Source: Vitrella brassicaformis CCMP3155 (Eukaryota; Protista; Chromerida). From it: 64,000 nt of DNA. Location: NCBI GenBank assembly GCA_001179505.1, contig CDMY01000850.1, positions 1 through 64,000 on the forward strand, read 5' to 3'. How positions within the stretch are numbered: position 1 is the first letter of the stretch; the number at the start of each line of letters is the position of its first letter. The notes under the pieces were generated by a model. It did not search any database. It was given only the letters and a program-made list of their open reading frames with translations, and was not told the origin of the DNA. This document shows positions 60,421 to 64,000 of the stretch, piece after piece. A program made the translations under genes and the position numbers.

Positions 60421-61836
60421 CTAGAGGCACCTCCTCTCAGCAATGGCGGCCCCATGGTCGTGGAACTCCTGCTTGGAGACCCACCTGGACTGGAAGGACT
60501 GCAGGCTCGCCAGGATGGACCCCCCGATCCATGCCGAGTATCGTCGCTCCACGGCAGCGCTGTGTGCGATCATCTTGATCTTGACGCTGCTGCCCAGGCA
60601 GTCGTCGGCGTTGAGGCTCTTGGCCATGCGGTCGGCCATGCCGGCGAAGAGGGAGGAGCCGCCCGTGCAGATGACGCCCGACAGCAGCTGCAGCGGGATA
60701 TCGGCGTCGCAAGTGTTGAGGCAGTCCACCACCATCTGCGGCACACCCTGATAGTGGCTGAGCCCGGCCTGCTCAGTGCCACTGCCGGTGGCTGCGTCGT
60801 CGGACTGCTGTTCGGGCGTGATGATGATGTCGGAGCGGAAGAGCCTCTCGGGGATGGTGTAGGGGCTGATTGTCCTGGCGGTGATCTGTGTGCCGTCCGG
60901 CAGGATGTAGGGCGGCTGCTCGGCAGCCACGGGCAGCTGGTCGAGGCTGACATTCATGGCATCGGGGCTGGCCACGGCCTCGTCCTCCGCGACTCGACAC
61001 ATGCTCTCCTTGACGAGCCGCAGCGTGTCGTTGCGCGCCTCCCTGTAGTAGCTGGCGTCCACCCGGCCGGCGTCCTGCGGCTGGTTCTCGAATGTCATTC
61101 CGCCGTCTTTGGTCAGGCGCTTGAAGCAGAAGTGGGGGAGGGCGTTGATGCCCTTCTGCTTGAGCAGCAGCCCCAGCTGCTGGTCGAGGAAGTCGCCACC
61201 AACCGGGGAATCCTTGACGCTGTTGGACAGGACGAAGCCGTCCAGCACCGCCGATACCGACGTGCGGGAGGCGCCCATGTCGATGACCAACGAAGTGGAT
61301 CTGCCTGACGCAAACGAGCTCAGCACCGCATCCTGAAGCGACAGTTAACACGCACTCCGCGGAATGTTTTCTTTCTCAGTAAAACTGGGTCGCCGACTGA
61401 CCTTGCAGAAGTAGAGTGCAGGCACCTCATACTTGTTGAAGAGCACATCCATGATGGAATCCCGGAAGGCCTTGCTGTGCCGCGTCGGCTCCGGCAGCAT
61501 CACGGGCGTCTCCTCAAACCGCACCGACAGATCCTTCTCGATGTGCCGGCAGATGGCGTCGAACACCTCGGTGTCCACACTCGTCAGCCCCCTCTCATCG
61601 CGGCTGAGGCACCTGTGCACGCCTAGGTGATCCTTCTTGACGAGCACGTTGAGCGGGTAGACCACGTCGCCCTTCCTGCGGTCGTCGTGGCTGGTGTACT
61701 TGCCCATGGACGACAGGTGGTCCATCTTGGGCGCATCTTCGCCAGCAAAGCCGCACCTAACGGATCGTGAACCGACGTCGATGACGAGGGCGTTGACGTC
61801 ATCGCCGTGGCCGGCGGTCTTCTCCTCAGACGGCAT
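60421..61836 (-). CDS. ARP4: Actin-related protein 4 (nuclear ARP4/ACTL6-like); intron 61333-61401
   Basis: GDDVNALVIDVGSRSVRCGFAGEDAPK, AVLSSFASGRSTSLVIDMG, IPERLF, VICTGGSSLF, ERRYSAWIGGSILASLQSFQSRWVSKQEF. Confidence 0.9.
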
Positions 61837-62084
61837 CCTCTTTTGCTGCGTGCGAGAGATGGATGGATGCAGTGGTCACCACGAGTCGCAGATCCGGACT
61901 GACGGCGTCATCGCTTCAGCGCGCACACATTGGCAGTGGCAGGCGGATCTTCCTCAAAAGAGGGGGTCCGTTCTTCAGGGTTTCACGCCCCAAGGGTAAG
62001 GAACCCTGATCGCTGACAACTCCAAGTGTTACTCCAGCATGAGTGTGAAGCTGATCCGTCCGGCAGGAGCGTAGAGGGGCCAAG

Positions 62085-64000
62085 ATGGGCAACAACCACA
62101 CTGCGGACCGCCACGGTGCCGTTATCGACGACCACACACTCGACTTCCTCCACAAAGCCGACAGAGATGCCCTCCACACGTATGCAAACCACACACGAAT
62201 CAGTGAGGGAGGGGGAGTGGCAGTTGACAGCTGTGTGTGTGTTTGGGTGTGTTGTGCCATCTGTGTATGTGTGCAGCCGGTCGGAGGTCGGCAGCCTCAG
62301 AGTCACGGCCCGTTTCCTCTATGAAGTCGACTTCTCGGCCGCCGTCCTGAGCAGTCGACTCAATCGCTGCCTGGCGGCCAAGGGACTGCACGCCATCATC
62401 GCATTCGACGGTCAGCTGGACCGCCCTCTGCTGCTGAAGGCCATCTGGCTGGTGGACACACAGCAGTGGACCGAGGTGGCCAATGCGCTGAAGTTGGCGA
62501 GGCAGAGGGGCTTCTGTCAGCTGCCCATCACACTCTCTGTGGCCGACCTGGAGCGACACGGTAGCAAACAGGTGGGCAGATGAGCGTGGGGCGGGGTAGG
62601 TGGCACTCATCGATCTGTCTGTCTGTCTGTGTAGGCGTATTTGGCCGATGTGCGTGTGATTGCGTTGTGGAACATGCTCGGCCGGCACGTCGACTTCGGC
62701 GGTGACTACGGCCGTTTTGAGCTGTTCGACCAGCCGGGCGGCGGTGTGCGTGCCCTCAAGGACGAGCCGGGCTTCGAGCTGGACATCAACCCGCCCCTCC
62801 CCCCCGCCCACCCGTACCACACACACATCATCAACGACAACCCCCCCGTCAGATGCACAATCCGCCGGCAGGGGGGCAGCAGCTGGACGGCCGATGGTGA
62901 GGAGATCACTAATGCCTCGGCGTCGGCGTTCATCATGAGGAGCATCTTGGCGGACCCTCCACTGGCCAATTTGGGCATGACTCAATTGGTTTGGGTGGAT
63001 CGGTACGCAGGGCAGACCACACTCAGGCAGACACACATCCATCCATCCATCCATCAGGGCCTCTCCCCTCTGTTATGTGTTGGTCTCCTCAGGCGTGCTC
63101 ACGGCGGTATGCTGGACGGCCTCCTCAACCAGTCGCCCCACCAGCCCCCAACGGATGCACCGCCGTCGTGGCGAGCAGGGGTGACGGCGTGGATCCTCCT
63201 ATGGAGACTCGGCGGCTGCTGCTGACGCCGTTCGACGGCCCATTCGTCGCGTGTGTCACTCTCATCACCTGGGCCGGCACGACCATGGGTAAGAAAGGGA
63301 ACAGAGTTGTTTTGCTGATTGAGCCGTTTTCTGACGTGTGCTGTGTCGCTGAAGGAGTGGGTGTTGCTGTTGTCACCCACGAGCCGCCAGTAGGTGATGC
63401 ATCGGCTGCCTTCAAGGACCGCCGTCCGGCCACCGCCCCTCTGGTGGGCGGCGCGCTGGGCAGCACCATCGCAGACATGGTGGTCAACCAACAGGAGACA
63501 GTCGCTGATGCGGGTGAATGTGCAGTCGCCGCCTCCACCTCGGTGTGTCTGTCGGATGAATCGGCGTGTGTGTGGTTCGCAGATGAGGGTGCGGGTGGCG
63601 ACGATGGCGATGGTGGTGAGGGTAAGTGGTCTGTGTGCGGTGCCCAGCCCGCCTTGCTAGGTGTCATACTCGTGTGTATGTGTGTGTGTGCAGAGGATGA
63701 TGATGACAGTGACGATGACGGCGACAGCGATGAGGGTGAGTGGAATACATGTGTTTGTGTGTGTGTGGTTGGGCCCATTTGTATGTTTGCGTGTCTTGAG
63801 TGCGCAGATGTAGATGGCGACATCGACGGAGAGGGCAATGGCGATGGCCGCCAGCAGCAGCAGCAGCATCAGCATGATGAAGAGGGTGAGATGGGGAAAG
63901 GGGATGACCTAGATCAGAGCAACATACACGCACTCATTGTGTGCGTCATGGCCATCTTTGATGTATGCAGGTTGATCGACTGCGACACTGGTCGGTGGGG
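62085..64000 (+). CDS. Second paralogue of the lineage-specific family gene at 36240-38974; apparent frameshift at ~63150; runs off the window
   Basis: VDFSAAVLSSRL...KAIWLVDTQQWTEVANAL and VRALKDEPGFELDINPPLP, same acidic mini-exons. CAGCCCCCAAC here versus CAGCCCCCTAAC in the paralogue gives a stop at 63225. Confidence 0.7.

Noticed and set aside
61970-62060. CTTCAGGG and GAGTGTGAAGC words plus a small hairpin, reminiscent of U3 snoRNA boxes
   Set aside because: No downstream C/D boxes before the next ATG and wrong spacing. An Rfam cmscan would settle it.
9862-62084. Recurrent AGATCY/GGATCY words in divergent spacers
   Set aside because: Too short to distinguish from chance by eye; needs formal motif enrichment.
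1492-64000. Dozens of ORFs rich in CV, HT, TDRQ or SLSL repeats
   Set aside because: They are translations of intronic or intergenic (CA)n, (GA)n and (GACA)n microsatellites.

Overview
Intron-rich, GC-rich eukaryotic nuclear DNA whose short introns and spacers are full of microsatellites (CA, GA, GACA, GATG, CACAC). It encodes plastid-targeted proteins with signal-plus-transit leaders and mitochondrion-targeted proteins. The style fits a chromerid alveolate, most likely Vitrella brassicaformis (inference, not verified). About 22 spliced loci are visible: two decayed kinase-like loci, DXS, an unknown plastid protein, a calpain-7-like protease, a BRAWNIN/UQCC6-like microprotein, a DUF2358-SOUL protein, a DCAF8-like WD40-TPR protein, IscX, TCP11, RRP15, a secreted coiled-coil gene with an inverted truncated copy, a lineage-specific family gene fused to a TPR tail, a spliced tandem NUMOD4-HNH endonuclease with a mitochondrial-type leader, an OTUD5-like deubiquitinase, a multipass membrane protein, a sugar porter, a small unknown protein, a TPR protein, a CUE protein, ARP4, and a second family paralogue running off the right end. 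Most genes sit in tight head-to-head pairs. The most unusual part is 34.0-42.1 kb, where an inverted duplication brackets the chimeric gene and the HNH gene, with a perfect 22-bp hairpin just outside. There are three 300-N gaps. No rRNA, tRNA or CRISPR array was recognised. Exon boundaries were inferred by eye from GT/GC-AG sites and reading-frame continuity.
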